Origin: a candidate division WOR-1 bacterium RIFOXYB2_FULL_42_35
GTDB lineage: Bacteria > Margulisbacteria > WOR-1 > O2-12-FULL-45-9
Assembly: GCA_001771545.1 (NCBI GenBank)
Contig: MEUC01000005.1
Location: 2,379-66,378 of the forward strand
Length of the DNA: 64,000 bases
Reading direction: 5' to 3'
This document shows, one piece after another, positions 1 through 10,369 of the stretch. The notes beneath the pieces are model-generated. The model made no database searches. It worked only from the letters and a program-made list of their open reading frames with translations, and was not told where the DNA came from. Made by a program: the position numbers and the translations under genes. How positions within the stretch are numbered: the stretch's first letter is position 1; every line of letters begins with the position of its first letter.

Positions 1-1128
1 CTGATACTCCTCAAAAGCTTTCAGCACGCGCTGATCAATAAGTTGATAATCGTTTTTAGTTGGATCTAAATTATTGTAAAGTTTGTAGTAAGCCGCCATC
101 TGTGGAGAAAGTTGTTTAGGAACAATTTTACCTTTAGACGCTACAAAATCATTCAGCTCTCTATAGAAAACAAAGTTTTTATTTTGGCCAACACAATCAT
201 TCAAGTCATCAGAACCAGATAAGGTCAAGAGATGAACCAGGTCTTTAACCAGCATAGTTTGCTCATAGAGCAGTTCCCCTGCCGCATAAGCCATCTCCGG
301 ATAATGGTTTTTGCCGTCTTTTGTCCATAACAGAACATACTTACCAAAATCATGGCCAGCGTAGCGGGCAGAAACAAGCCGGCCTTGTTTATCAACAGAA
401 ATATCATAATAATTATATTGCTGCTGCTCAGTCGGCGACTGCAAATCCTTAACAAGATGAGCCGGTAATTGATACCAATGTTGGTTTTCTTGATAGACCC
501 ATTGATTGTTATTTTTAACCAACCAGGCTCCAAAAGGGACAATAGTATTTTTATAATAAGCACTACTAATGTAATGGTCAGTAGCTCTCAGAATAGAATA
601 ATTACCGGCATCCGTTGGCGTGGTTAACATAAAATCCCAGCTAATTGGCTGGTTTTTCTTTACTCCAAAAGCAACCAAAAACGGCTGGTCTGGTCCTGCT
701 AAGGCTTTAACCTGGGCATAGGGCTGGTTATTAACTAAAATCAGTAATTTGTCCAGAGATGGATAAGCGATTAAACTAGTAGAATTATTTCTGAAATATT
801 GGGCTAAACCTTTAACTTCAGGCTGATTATTAATCAGACCAGCCAAATAAGGGATTCTGCTGAAATCATAAGTTGGGTCTTTTTTGTCCAGTTTATAATT
901 CATCACTCTAAATGGTGCACCCTTAGGGACAACCTGACTCAAAAGATAAATATCAGCTGGGGTTAAGTGTAAACAACCATGGCTGTCATAAGGAAAACCC
1001 AAATAATCATTAAAATAGATTGCCAAGTTGGTTTTATTAATAGTCTCAATACTTTGGTAGGTTTGAGCAAAGGCCAGTGAGGCTAAACCAAAAAGAACTA
1101 ACACTGCTAGACAAAGTTTTGTTCTCAT
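1..1128 (-). CDS. Secreted L,D-transpeptidase (YkuD)-like protein, 3'-truncated by the window edge; absent from the ORF track
   Basis: Hand translation from ATG at 1128 gives MRTKLCLAVLVLFGLASLAFA (signal peptide) ... PYDSHGCLHLTPADIY ... TTPTDAGNYSI. No stop was found down to 241; 1-240 not translated. SHGC is the YkuD catalytic motif. Confidence 0.6.
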   Translation of the reverse strand, partial: MRTKLCLAVLVLFGLASLAFAQTYQSIETINKTNLAIYFNDYLGFPYDSHGCLHLTPADIYLLSQVVPKGAPFRVMNYKLDKKDPTYDFSRIPYLAGLINNQPEVKGLAQYFRNNSTSLIAYPSLDKLLILVNNQPYAQVKALAGPDQPFLVAFGVKKNQPISWDFMLTTPTDAGNYSILRATDHYISSAYYKNTIVPFGAWLVKNNNQWVYQENQHWYQLPAHLVKDLQSPTEQQQYNYYDISVDKQGRLVSARYAGHDFGKYVLLWTKDGKNHYPEMAYAAGELLYEQTMLVKDLVHLLTLSGSDDLNDCVGQNKNFVFYRELNDFVASKGKIVPKQLSPQMAAYYKLYNNLDPTKNDYQLIDQRVLKAFEEYQ

Positions 1129-1200
1129 GGCATAATTCTAACTCAAAGGCTGACAGTTTGTAAGCCCAGGAGTTTTAAATTAACATTAGGAGGTATTGAG

Positions 1201-1920
1201 ATGAAAAAAGCAGTTTGTCTGGCAGTTACAGTTCTATCATTAGCAATCAGTATTGGGGTGGTTTGCTCCAATCCGGTTGAGGCCCAAAACAAGCTAATCA
1301 GAAAAACAATTACCAAGGTGATCCAACCGGAAATATCCTCTGTGTCCGCCCCAACGGTAACCACCGTTGAAGCCAACCCAACCCTATCGCCCGCACCGCC
1401 ACCACCACCAAATTATGATGTTACCCCTGTTACCGAAGATAAGGGTTTACTCGGTTGGGGACAAAACATTGACCTAGGCGGCTTCATTCAAGCCGGCAAT
1501 GGTGTTTTGGGTTTTAGGGCTAACTGGCTTTTTGCTGACCCATGGCAACTCGGTTCTAAGATCGGCTTGTCAGAAGATGCAGTTGAATACAAAGTTGGCA
1601 CTGGATTAGCTTTTGGTTCAGACCTTAACAATAATGCCATCAATACTATTCCCCTTTTCGCTGATGCAGTTGTTCATCTAAAAGAAGGCTCACTTTTTGG
1701 CCAGGATCCTTATGTTGGCGCCGGTCTAAATTACAACTTATATGGAACTGACTCAAACTTTGGCACTTGGGGCGGCCAATTTTATGGGGGAGTGCTAGTT
1801 GATTTTGGCTTTGCTTCCGGTAAAACAGGCTTAGAAATAGGTTATAGCGCTTTAAGAGTTGGAGATATCCGCTCAGCTAAAGGAATTTCTTTCTCGGTTA
1901 GGCAACCGTTAAGACTCTAA
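1201..1920 (+). CDS. Exported protein, probably outer-membrane beta-barrel, with Pro-rich linker
   Basis: AGGAGG RBS, signal peptide, PAPPPPP linker, then alternating Gly/aromatic beta-strand-like segments (PYVGAGLNY, GLEIGYS). Confidence 0.6.
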   Translation: MKKAVCLAVTVLSLAISIGVVCSNPVEAQNKLIRKTITKVIQPEISSVSAPTVTTVEANPTLSPAPPPPPNYDVTPVTEDKGLLGWGQNIDLGGFIQAGNGVLGFRANWLFADPWQLGSKIGLSEDAVEYKVGTGLAFGSDLNNNAINTIPLFADAVVHLKEGSLFGQDPYVGAGLNYNLYGTDSNFGTWGGQFYGGVLVDFGFASGKTGLEIGYSALRVGDIRSAKGISFSVRQPLRL

Positions 1921-1944
1921 AATTTACGATTAACTTAAAAAAAT

Positions 1945-1970
1945 AGGGCAAGGGATTTTTCCCTTGCCCT
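1945..1970. terminator. Probable bidirectional intrinsic terminator
   Basis: AGGGCAAGGGA/TCCCTTGCCCT stem between convergent genes, with an A-run on the left and a T-rich tail on the right. Confidence 0.8.
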
Positions 1971-2009
1971 TAATTTATAGGCTAAAATCGATCATAACAA
2001 TCTCCTTCT

Positions 2010-3131
2010 TTACAGTAATAAGTTGCGAACATATTCGGCAATCGCTGGTGAAGCAGTTAACCCGGGAGATTCAATGCCAATTAAATTAATAAAACCTGGC
2101 AATCCTTGTTCTTTTTCATCCTGAATCACAAAATCCCTAACACCCTCTCCCTGCCCCTGCAATTTCGGTCTTATCCCTGAAGTATCAACTCTTAAATCTT
2201 CTAATTCAACAAACGGGAGAATTTTTTTGGCCGATTCATAGAATGCTGTGGCTTTATTAGGATCAACGTCATAATTCAAATCCCTACTGTTGATATAAGT
2301 GGCATCTGGTCCCAAACGCAGCTCTCCTTGCAGATTTAAGGTAGCATGAACACCCAGCCCGGCACCCTTAACTTCTGGCACCGGATAAACCAAGTGTTTG
2401 ATTGATTTGCTTTTACCATGCCCCACACTGAAATAATCCCCTTTACAATACTTTAAATCATAACCCAGCTTCTCAACCTCAAGGCCAACATAACTGGCCA
2501 AGGTATCAGATTCTAAGCCGGCAGAATTAATTACTACCTCTGAAAAAAACGAGAACTCATCACCGTTATTGCCAACCATTACCTCATAGCCAAAAGCGAT
2601 TTTTTGTACCCCCACAACCTCACAAGAATAGGAAATCTCCGCCCCCTTGGCTTTTGCCTCTATCTCAAAGTGCTTCATCAAAGCATGGGAATCAATAATG
2701 CCTGTTGAAGTAGAATAAATAGCCGCCAGACCAGCAACGTTAGGTTCAAGTTTTTTCACTTCCGCAGCAGAAATTATTTTCAAATCGCGTACGCCATTTT
2801 TCTTAGCCTTAGCTAAAATTGCTTCCAGACAAATAACTTCTGTTTGGTTGGTGGCCACAATTAACTTGCCCAATTTTTGACAAGGAATATTATACTGCTG
2901 GCAAAGGTCATAAAGCAGCTGATTACCTTCAACACAAAGCTTAGCCTTGAGCGAACCTGGCGGATAATAAATCCCAGCATGAATAACTTCACTATTACGA
3001 CTGCTGGTTTCTTGCCCAAAAGCAGAGTGTTTTTCGAGAACGAAAACAGATTTTCTATCATCGGACAATGTTGCAGCGAGACTCAAACCAACAACCCCTG
3101 CCCCAATAATAGTTATATCAACTTTGTCCAT
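2010..3131 (-). CDS. FAD-dependent oxidoreductase, L-2-hydroxyglutarate oxidase (LhgO)-like
   Basis: IIGAGVVG, ETSSRNSEVIHAGIYY, GIESPGLTAS motifs; start moved to MDKVD (3131), abutting the upstream stop. Confidence 0.85.
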   Translation of the reverse strand: MDKVDITIIGAGVVGLSLAATLSDDRKSVFVLEKHSAFGQETSSRNSEVIHAGIYYPPGSLKAKLCVEGNQLLYDLCQQYNIPCQKLGKLIVATNQTEVICLEAILAKAKKNGVRDLKIISAAEVKKLEPNVAGLAAIYSTSTGIIDSHALMKHFEIEAKAKGAEISYSCEVVGVQKIAFGYEVMVGNNGDEFSFFSEVVINSAGLESDTLASYVGLEVEKLGYDLKYCKGDYFSVGHGKSKSIKHLVYPVPEVKGAGLGVHATLNLQGELRLGPDATYINSRDLNYDVDPNKATAFYESAKKILPFVELEDLRVDTSGIRPKLQGQGEGVRDFVIQDEKEQGLPGFINLIGIESPGLTASPAIAEYVRNLLL

Positions 3132-4171
3132 TAGAAGAAATGTTTGACAAGCCCTAAAATACCCTGACTCCATGGCACCCGATGAGATATTCCGGATTTA
3201 TTCTGAAAAGTATGAAGATTTTCCAAGTACCATTTATAATTACGAGTCAAAGCATCCTTATTGGAAAACTTTGGTTTAAAGCCCAAAATCTTTTCCGCCT
3301 TGTCTGTGCCAACAAAAGAATCAGTCGCTGCCGTTTCATAAACCCATTGGTAAAGTGGGGACAATTTAAAAAACTCTAAAACTTTCAAAGCCACAATAAC
3401 TGGCCAAGCAGGAAAACCGATGATCTTTTTACCAAAACCAGCTGCAGTTAAGACCGCTTGAAAATCTTCCTTCATAGTCGTAAAGTCATGCGCACCAACA
3501 TTAAAAGTGTCGTTAACAATCTTTTTATCCTTAGTCATACACAAATAGATAGCTTCACACAAATCCTCAACATCCAACAATTGGTAACGATTATTACCGC
3601 TGCCAATCATAGGAAAATTCTTGCCATCTTTGGCCCAGTCATAAAGCATGGCAAAAACACCCAAGCGTTCCGGCCCTATAAATGATTTTGGCCTGATAAT
3701 CGGCACGCATAACCCCTTGGCTCGATATTCAAGACAAGCATCTTCAGCTAAGATTTTAGCTTCGCCATAATAACCGACTCCGATCTTTTTATCATCCTCA
3801 AAGATCGGGTGATGGTCTGGCACGCCATAGACAGCAGTTGAGGAAATATGTACAAAACGATCAACTTTATGCTCAAAAGCTGCTTTAACTAAAACTTGCG
3901 TCCCTTTTACTTCTGTTGACATTATTTCTTCTTTTTCATACAGAGGTAAAGCTGCTGCCGTATGAATAACAATCTGCACTCCTTGCATGGCAGCATTAAC
4001 AGCATTTTCGTCTCTAATATCACCAACAATGATTTTGACCTTATCCCTTTCCGGATAATCAAACTCTGCTAGATCTAAGGAAACAATATCCTTAATTCCT
4101 TTATTGAACAGATATCGGATCATATTAATCCCCAGAAATCCAGAACCGCCAGTAACTAATACTTTCATCAT
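3131..4171 (-). CDS. NAD-dependent epimerase/dehydratase (extended SDR)
   Basis: VTGGSGFLG, SSTAVYG, YGEAK; start at MMKVLVT after an AGGAGG RBS. Confidence 0.85.
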   Translation of the reverse strand: MMKVLVTGGSGFLGINMIRYLFNKGIKDIVSLDLAEFDYPERDKVKIIVGDIRDENAVNAAMQGVQIVIHTAAALPLYEKEEIMSTEVKGTQVLVKAAFEHKVDRFVHISSTAVYGVPDHHPIFEDDKKIGVGYYGEAKILAEDACLEYRAKGLCVPIIRPKSFIGPERLGVFAMLYDWAKDGKNFPMIGSGNNRYQLLDVEDLCEAIYLCMTKDKKIVNDTFNVGAHDFTTMKEDFQAVLTAAGFGKKIIGFPAWPVIVALKVLEFFKLSPLYQWVYETAATDSFVGTDKAEKILGFKPKFSNKDALTRNYKWYLENLHTFQNKSGISHRVPWSQGILGLVKHFF

Positions 4172-4184
4172 AGGATCCTCCTTT

Positions 4185-5171
4185 TTACAAACAAGCCAAA
4201 TTTTTTTCCAGATAGTTGCGAACATAATCGGAAACAGAAGTTTCCAGTGAGTTGAAGCGAACCGGCAAGCCAGTTTTTTTAAGCTTGCTTAAATCTGCCT
4301 GTGTAAAATATTGGTATTTATCCTTAACAATTCCTGGCATCTCAATATAGTCAATTTTTACTTCCAAGCCTAAGGCTGAAAAAATAGCTTTACCCAAATC
4401 ATTCCAGGTTCTGGCCTGCCCGGTACCAATATTATATATTCCTTTTACTTGAGGATTTTTATAGAATTCGAACATTAAGTCAACTACATCCTTAATATAG
4501 ACAAAGTCGCGCTTCTGTTCCCCATCTTTATACTCCGGTTTGTAAGATTTAAAAAGTCTAATCTTCTTATCCTTCTTAATCTGCTGATAAGCCTTAACCA
4601 CTAGACTGCGCATATCGCCTTTGTGGTACTCGTTAGGCCCATAAACATTGAAATATTTCCAACCCACAACTTTATCAACTAATTTATTATTGATCAGCCA
4701 AAAATCAAAGTTTTGTTTTGATTGACCATAGAGGTTGAGCGGTTTTAAAGTTAGGCTCTTGGCATCATCATCCGAATATCCCTGGTTTCCATCACCGTAA
4801 GTGGCAGCTGAGCTAGCGTAGAAAAAAGGAATCTCATCTTTTAGCGCCCACTCAGCGAGAGACTTGGAATATCCATAATTATTTTGGCGCAGATATTCTT
4901 CGTTCAGCTCAGTAGTTGAAGAACAAGCCCCGATGTGAAAAACGGCTTTAACATTTCCAGGCAGCTTCCCTGCCCTAACATCATTGATAAATTCGTCTTT
5001 ATCAAGACAATCAACATATTGCTTATTAGCTAGATTTTTTTTCTTGAGGTCGGAATTAAATTCATCAACAATGAGAATTTGGGTCTCCCCCCCGGAATTA
5101 AGTTTACCTAGAAAGCAGCTGCCAATAAAACCGGCTCCACCGGTTAAGACAATTAAATCTTTTTCAGACAC
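4185..5171 (-). CDS. hldD: ADP-L-glycero-D-manno-heptose 6-epimerase
   Basis: TGGAGFIGS, GACSSTTE, YASSAATYG, PLNLYGQSK, YFNVYGPNEYHKGDMRS, RDFVYIKD. Confidence 0.92.
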   Translation of the reverse strand: MSEKDLIVLTGGAGFIGSCFLGKLNSGGETQILIVDEFNSDLKKKNLANKQYVDCLDKDEFINDVRAGKLPGNVKAVFHIGACSSTTELNEEYLRQNNYGYSKSLAEWALKDEIPFFYASSAATYGDGNQGYSDDDAKSLTLKPLNLYGQSKQNFDFWLINNKLVDKVVGWKYFNVYGPNEYHKGDMRSLVVKAYQQIKKDKKIRLFKSYKPEYKDGEQKRDFVYIKDVVDLMFEFYKNPQVKGIYNIGTGQARTWNDLGKAIFSALGLEVKIDYIEMPGIVKDKYQYFTQADLSKLKKTGLPVRFNSLETSVSDYVRNYLEKNLACL

Positions 5172-6205
5172 TTAAGATCTTCCCCTTCCCAGTCCATTTT
5201 TAAGCGTTTTCTCTTTTTGGTCAAACTCTTGCCAAAAACATACCCGGTTAAGAGTGGCAGAGAAACACTCGGTTCAACCCAAGCCATGGCATATTTAGCC
5301 TCTTTCTTAAGTTTTCCCCAGGAGCGCGATTCACCCAAAGTTGAACCCGAAAGCCCACCATCTTGAGTAACTGCAGTTGTAACCTGAATGGCATAATCAT
5401 GACCACGATCCAAACCAAAAATATAGCCCATCACAATTGAATCGTTGATATAATTCTTAGGCACACCACCAGCAACGTAGATCGCTCCGGTTTTAGGGGA
5501 TTTAACAACAATTTGCACCAATTCAATATTATCCTGAATTGAATCAATGGCAATTCCTTGGCGGCCTTCTCTCTTGGCACGAACACGGTGTTCTGTTAAG
5601 CCAATGCCAATTGAAGAGTCATTCAAGGCTGGACAAAAAACCGGCACCCCATGCTGACGACACTGCCATAAAATTGACTCTTCATCATCAATCGCATCAG
5701 CCAAGTGTTCCAAATAGGCTCGGCTGGAATAATTACCAGGTTTCATCTTATCAGCAACTTGCCCGCAAAATAAGTCGGCTTGAAAAACTTTTTCTTCATC
5801 AATATACGTATCGTAGATGCGGTCGATCTTTAAATCCCTTAAAGTTGGGTCATCTGCATCAATACTGCCAAGATAATGGCCGTGTCCAAGAGCAGCGTAG
5901 ACATCTTGATAAATAATTGCTCCGGTTGAAACAACCACGTCAACTGCTTTGTTAACTATTAAATCACGGATAACTCTTCTTAAACCTGCAGCAATTAATG
6001 GTCCAGCTAGACCAAGCAAAACTGTAGGACGCTTTTTATCCTGATACATATTTTTGAGCACCTGGGCACACTGGCCAATATTTCTAGCTTGGATCGACAT
6101 GTCTGCCATAGCAGAAACAAGGTCGGCAACCGTGGTTTTTGAGTCTACCTTAATGTGTTTAACTCTATTCTTAAGAATGCGTCTCTTTTTGGCTTTGTCT
6201 ATCAT
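5153..6205 (-). CDS. Deoxyhypusine synthase-family protein
   Basis: VSTGA, RIYDT, DSSIG, GGVPKN, DGGLSGSTLGESRSWGK motifs; start at MIDKAKK. Confidence 0.88.
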   Translation of the reverse strand: MIDKAKKRRILKNRVKHIKVDSKTTVADLVSAMADMSIQARNIGQCAQVLKNMYQDKKRPTVLLGLAGPLIAAGLRRVIRDLIVNKAVDVVVSTGAIIYQDVYAALGHGHYLGSIDADDPTLRDLKIDRIYDTYIDEEKVFQADLFCGQVADKMKPGNYSSRAYLEHLADAIDDEESILWQCRQHGVPVFCPALNDSSIGIGLTEHRVRAKREGRQGIAIDSIQDNIELVQIVVKSPKTGAIYVAGGVPKNYINDSIVMGYIFGLDRGHDYAIQVTTAVTQDGGLSGSTLGESRSWGKLKKEAKYAMAWVEPSVSLPLLTGYVFGKSLTKKRKRLKMDWEGEDLKCLKKI

Positions 6206-6227
6206 AATAGAGACTATTTTAGCATAA

Positions 6228-6319
6228 AACTCACCCCCCATCTACGTAAAGGTCCCTCCCCCCCCCCTCACTTTGTAGAGGTAGGAGGGGTCCTTTTACG
6301 CAAAGACGGAGGGTGAGTT
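6228..6319. repeat. ~90 bp imperfect inverted repeat (MITE/REP-like hairpin) in a divergent intergenic region
   Basis: AACTCACCC...GGGTGAGTT outer arms and CGTAAAGG.TCCCTCC / GGAGGGG.TCCTTTTACG inner arms, with a C10 run near the loop. Confidence 0.6.
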
Positions 6320-6346
6320 GATCTGACATTTTAAAGGCTCTATAAT
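6318..6346 (+). promoter_or_regulatory. Sigma70-type promoter of the antiporter pseudogene
   Basis: TTGATC-17 bp-TATAAT, with ATG 6 nt downstream. Confidence 0.55.
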
Positions 6347-6352
6347 GTGCTT

Positions 6353-6669
6353 ATGCAATCAATTCTAGTTGTCGGCATTATAATCTTCACCGGCTTCATC
6401 TTCGGTCAAATTGCCAACTTCTTCAAATTGCCAAGAGTAACCGGCTATATCCTGGCTGGTGTAGTTCTTAATCCGGGAATAACTCACTTAATCCCCCAAA
6501 ATTTTATTAATCACACAGACCTGGTCACAAACATTGCCCTTTCTATTATCACTTTTTCTATTGGCGGCAGTTTAGTGTAATAATTGGGGCTACAGTTTTA
6601 CACGAACTAATCGGCCCCATCTGCGCCGAGATCGCATTAAAAGCTGCTGGAGAAATTAAAAACCCTTAG
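6353..6669 (+). pseudogene. Cation:proton antiporter (CPA2-like) with a large internal deletion
   Basis: N-terminus (FKLPRVTGYILAGVVLNP...IALSIITFSIGGSL) is joined out of frame at ~6574 to a typical C-terminus SVIIGATVLHELIGPICAEIALKAAGEIKNP*. Confidence 0.8.
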
Positions 6670-6692
6670 AGTAATTAGCGCGGTGCCGACTT

Positions 6693-9600
6693 TTACGCTT
6701 TTCGATGATAATCTTGCAACGCCTTAACATCAAAACCTTTTTTCTTCAGAGCATCAAGACCATTGACAGTGGCTCGGGCGCCAGAAATCGTCGTAATCAG
6801 CGGTACATTGTGCATCACGGCTAGTGAGCGGATTTTTGCTTCATCAATTTTAGTCTTCTTGCCCCCGGGAGTATTAATTAAAAAGGCAATCTCTCCTCTG
6901 TTAAGTAAATCAAGGATAGAGCCGGCTTCTTCATGAATTTTAGCTACGATTTTAACAGCGACCCCATTCTTCGTTAAAACCTTACCCGTTCCGGCCGTTG
7001 CTACAATACTATAACCAAGATCAACCAATCGTTTGGCAATCAAGATAATTGACCGTTTATCCTTATTTTTCACACTAACAAAAATCTGGCCGGATAAAGG
7101 GATCTTTTGACCTGCTGCTATCTGCGCCTTCATAAAAGCCCGGCCATAATCACTATCAATCCCCATAACCTCACCGGTTGATTTCATTTCCGGCCCCAAA
7201 ACAGCATCTGCACCAGGAAAACGATTAAAAGGAAAAACAGCTTCTTTAACCGCCACATGATCAATCTCAACTTCTTTTTCAATGCCTAACTGTTTCAAAG
7301 TTTTGCCAATCATCACCTTGGTAGCGATTTTGGCCCAGGGGATACCAGTTGCTTTACTGACAAAAGGAACTGTTCGGGAAGCGCGCGGGTTGACCTCTAA
7401 AACATACAAGGTGTCACCCTGAACTGCATATTGAATATTCATCAGGCCTTTAACTTTTAGCTCTTTTGCCAAGGCATAGGTTGATTTTTTTATCTCCTCG
7501 ATCATTTCTTCTGAGAGAGAAAAAGGCGGTATCGCACAAGCCGAATCGCCAGAATGAATGCCTGCTTCTTCAATATGCTCCATAATACCGCAGACAACGG
7601 TTTTTTTACCGTCAGAAACGGCATCAACATCAACCTCCAGGGCATCTTCAAGAAATTTGTCGACTAAAATTGGATGCTCAGGAGAGACATCAACTGCCCA
7701 ACCCATAAATTGCTCTAAAGACTTATCATCATAAACAATTTCCATGGCCCGACCACCAAGAACATAAGAAGGACGAACCAAAACCGGATAACCAATTCTT
7801 TTAGCCACCTTTTTGGCTTCAACATAAGATCTAGCCATGCCATTGGCCGGTTGTCTTAATTTTAATTTTTTAAGGATCCGTTGAAAAAGCTGCCGATCTT
7901 CCGCTCGATCAATACTTTTCGGCGAAGTCCCAATAATCTTGCCCCCGGCTTTTTCGATCGCAAAAGCCAAATTAAGCGGGGTCTGACCACCAAATTGCAC
8001 AATAATCCCGTCTGGTTTTTCTTTTTCAATAATATGGACAACGTCTTCTTTGGTTAAGGGTTCAAAATACAATTTATCAGAAGTATCGTAGTCAGTTGAA
8101 ACTGTTTCCGGATTGGAATTGACCATGATTGATTCGATCCCTTCTTCTCTCAAAGCAAAAGAAGCGTGGCAACAACAGTAATCAAATTCAATTCCTTGAC
8201 CAATCCGGTTCGGCCCTCCGCCCAAAATCAGCACCTTTTTCCTCTTCGACGGTTTTGATTCACACTCTGATTCATAAGTTGAATAATAATATGGGGTATA
8301 AGCGGGAAACTCGGCCGCACAAGTATCAACCAACTTATAAACAGGAAAAATCTTTTGCTCAACCCGTATTTTTTTGATCTCGTCTTCTGTCTTGCCCTGC
8401 AAATGAGCAATCTGGCAATCAGAAAAACCGAGTTGCTTCATTTCAAACAAAGACAGATCCTCCCGAGGAGCTTCAAGGATCTGCTTCATATTTTCTAAGA
8501 ACCAGGGGTCAACATGGGTTAACTTATAAAGCTCATCAATTGACATGCCCTGTTCAATCGCATGGCTAATATAAAAAATTCTCCGATCATTCGGTTTGCG
8601 TAAATTCTCAATAAGTTTATCCGGCTCAATAAAAGATTTACCATCATTACCCAAACCAAAACGCCCAACTTCTAGAGACCTTAATCCTTTTTGCAAAGCT
8701 TCTTTAAAGGTTCGACCAATTGCCATCGTCTCTCCAACAGACTTCATGGAAGTACCCAACACCGCTTCAGCATCTTTAAATTTTTCAAAAGTAAAACGCG
8801 GAATTTTTACAACACAGTAATCAATGGTTGGCTCAAAAGAAGCCGGGGTTTCTTTGGTGATATCATTCCTAATTTCATCCAACGTGTATCCAACTGATAA
8901 CTTCGCCGCGAACTTAGCAATAGGAAAACCTGTCGCTTTAGAGGCTAAGGCAGAGGAACGGGAAACACGTGGATTCATTTCAATAATAATCATGCGGCCA
9001 TCTTTAGGATTAACCGCAAATTGGATATTAGAACCGCCTGTCTCAACCCCAATCTCACGAATACAACGAATCGAAGCATCTCTCATAATTTGATACTCTT
9101 TGTCAGTTAAAGTCTGCGCTGGTGCAACAGTAATAGAATCTCCGGTATGAATACCCATAGCATCAAAGTTTTCAATCGAACAGACAATTACCACGTTGTC
9201 ATTTTTATCCCGCATTACTTCCAGCTCGAATTCTTTCCAGCCGGTTAAATCTTCCTCAATTAAAACTTCATGGGTTGGGGATAACTCTTGGCCATATTTC
9301 ACTATGCGCTCATATTCTTCTTCTGTGGTGGCAATCCCAGAGCCGGTACCTCCTAAGGTGAAACTAGGACGGATAATAGCCGGGAGTTTAACATACTCAA
9401 GCAACTCTTCAGCTTGCTTCCAAGTCTTAGCGGTACCACTGCGAGGCAAATCGATCTTGGCCTTTTTCATGGCGTCCTTAAATTGTTGTCGATCTTCCGC
9501 TTTTTTGATCGCCTTAAGGTCAGCCCCAATCATCTCCACACCAAATTTTTCTAAAACACCCATTTCTGCCACAGCAACTGCAGTATTTAAACCTGTTTGG

Positions 9601-9875
9601 CCCCCCAGTGTCGGCAGCAAAGCATCTGGCCGTTCTTTCTCAATAATTTTAGCGACAATTTCTGGGGTAACGGGTTCAATATAAGTGCGATCAGCCATTT
9701 CCGGATCAGTCATAATAGTGGCTGGATTAGAATTAACTAGAATAACTTCATAGCCCTCTTCTCTCAAAGCCTTGCAAGCCTGGGAACCAGAATAGTCAAA
9801 TTCACAAGCCTGACCGATTATAATCGGACCAGCACCAATGATCATGATTTTTTTTATGTCTGTTCGTTTAGGCAC
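6693..9875 (-). CDS. carB: Carbamoyl-phosphate synthase large subunit
   Basis: [38 protein letters not shown], duplicated ATP-grasp halves, 1060 aa. Confidence 0.98.
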   Translation of the reverse strand: MPKRTDIKKIMIIGAGPIIIGQACEFDYSGSQACKALREEGYEVILVNSNPATIMTDPEMADRTYIEPVTPEIVAKIIEKERPDALLPTLGGQTGLNTAVAVAEMGVLEKFGVEMIGADLKAIKKAEDRQQFKDAMKKAKIDLPRSGTAKTWKQAEELLEYVKLPAIIRPSFTLGGTGSGIATTEEEYERIVKYGQELSPTHEVLIEEDLTGWKEFELEVMRDKNDNVVIVCSIENFDAMGIHTGDSITVAPAQTLTDKEYQIMRDASIRCIREIGVETGGSNIQFAVNPKDGRMIIIEMNPRVSRSSALASKATGFPIAKFAAKLSVGYTLDEIRNDITKETPASFEPTIDYCVVKIPRFTFEKFKDAEAVLGTSMKSVGETMAIGRTFKEALQKGLRSLEVGRFGLGNDGKSFIEPDKLIENLRKPNDRRIFYISHAIEQGMSIDELYKLTHVDPWFLENMKQILEAPREDLSLFEMKQLGFSDCQIAHLQGKTEDEIKKIRVEQKIFPVYKLVDTCAAEFPAYTPYYYSTYESECESKPSKRKKVLILGGGPNRIGQGIEFDYCCCHASFALREEGIESIMVNSNPETVSTDYDTSDKLYFEPLTKEDVVHIIEKEKPDGIIVQFGGQTPLNLAFAIEKAGGKIIGTSPKSIDRAEDRQLFQRILKKLKLRQPANGMARSYVEAKKVAKRIGYPVLVRPSYVLGGRAMEIVYDDKSLEQFMGWAVDVSPEHPILVDKFLEDALEVDVDAVSDGKKTVVCGIMEHIEEAGIHSGDSACAIPPFSLSEEMIEEIKKSTYALAKELKVKGLMNIQYAVQGDTLYVLEVNPRASRTVPFVSKATGIPWAKIATKVMIGKTLKQLGIEKEVEIDHVAVKEAVFPFNRFPGADAVLGPEMKSTGEVMGIDSDYGRAFMKAQIAAGQKIPLSGQIFVSVKNKDKRSIILIAKRLVDLGYSIVATAGTGKVLTKNGVAVKIVAKIHEEAGSILDLLNRGEIAFLINTPGGKKTKIDEAKIRSLAVMHNVPLITTISGARATVNGLDALKKKGFDVKALQDYHRKA

Positions 9876-9891
9876 GGGAAACCTCCGGTTT

Positions 9892-9943
9892 CAATGACAA
9901 ATTAAAAATGTCAAATGACAAATGTATGTATGCCTTCGGCATG
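9892..9943. repeat. AAATGWC heptamer array plus hairpin (copy R2)
   Basis: caatgacaaattaaaaatgtcaaatgacaaatgtatgt followed by atgccTTCggcat. Confidence 0.85.
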
Positions 9944-9947
9944 TTAG

Positions 9948-10295
9948 TTATAGACTCCCTCTAGCTTTATTCGCAATCGAACTTAAAATCTTCATTAATT
10001 CATGTGATTCCTGGATCAAGTCATCCAAATTATCTTCTTTATAAATAATCTGCGCTTTTTTAATCAATCTCAACCAATATCTGGTCTCCCTAGCTTCTTT
10101 CCTTGAGATAATTACCTTATTTATAAAATCTCTCTTGGTCGCCGCTCCATCAGCCTCTTCCATGTTAGCCCCAATCGAAGTGCCTGACCTAACCAACTGT
10201 CTAGCTAATACATTTCCAGACTGAGTTTTCGGCAACTTGTCCGCAAACTTAAGTATGCGAACTCCAAATTCCAAGGTTCTATCTTGTATGTCCAC
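9948..10295 (-). CDS. Four helix bundle protein (23S rRNA IVP / TIGR02436-like)
   Basis: QLVRSGTSIGANMEEA...FINKVIISRKEARETRYWL signature; GTG start at 10295 preceded by GAGGAGG. Confidence 0.9.
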   Translation of the reverse strand: MDIQDRTLEFGVRILKFADKLPKTQSGNVLARQLVRSGTSIGANMEEADGAATKRDFINKVIISRKEARETRYWLRLIKKAQIIYKEDNLDDLIQESHELMKILSSIANKARGSL

Positions 10296-10313
10296 CGCGA
10301 CCACCTCCTCAAC

Positions 10314-10367
10314 CAATGTCAAATTTCAAATGACAAATGTCAAATGAATGTGTGCCTCCGGCACATT
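10314..10367. repeat. AAATGWC heptamer array plus hairpin (copy R1)
   Basis: caatgtcaaatttcaaatgacaaatgtcaaatgaatgt followed by gtgccTCCggcac. Confidence 0.85.
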
Positions 10368-10369
10368 AT

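Noticed and set aside
225..563. ORF-track 112-aa ORF and the many short antisense or alternate-frame ORFs throughout the window
   Set aside because: They overlap longer motif-bearing genes (here the 1-1128 frame) and lack recognisable motifs.
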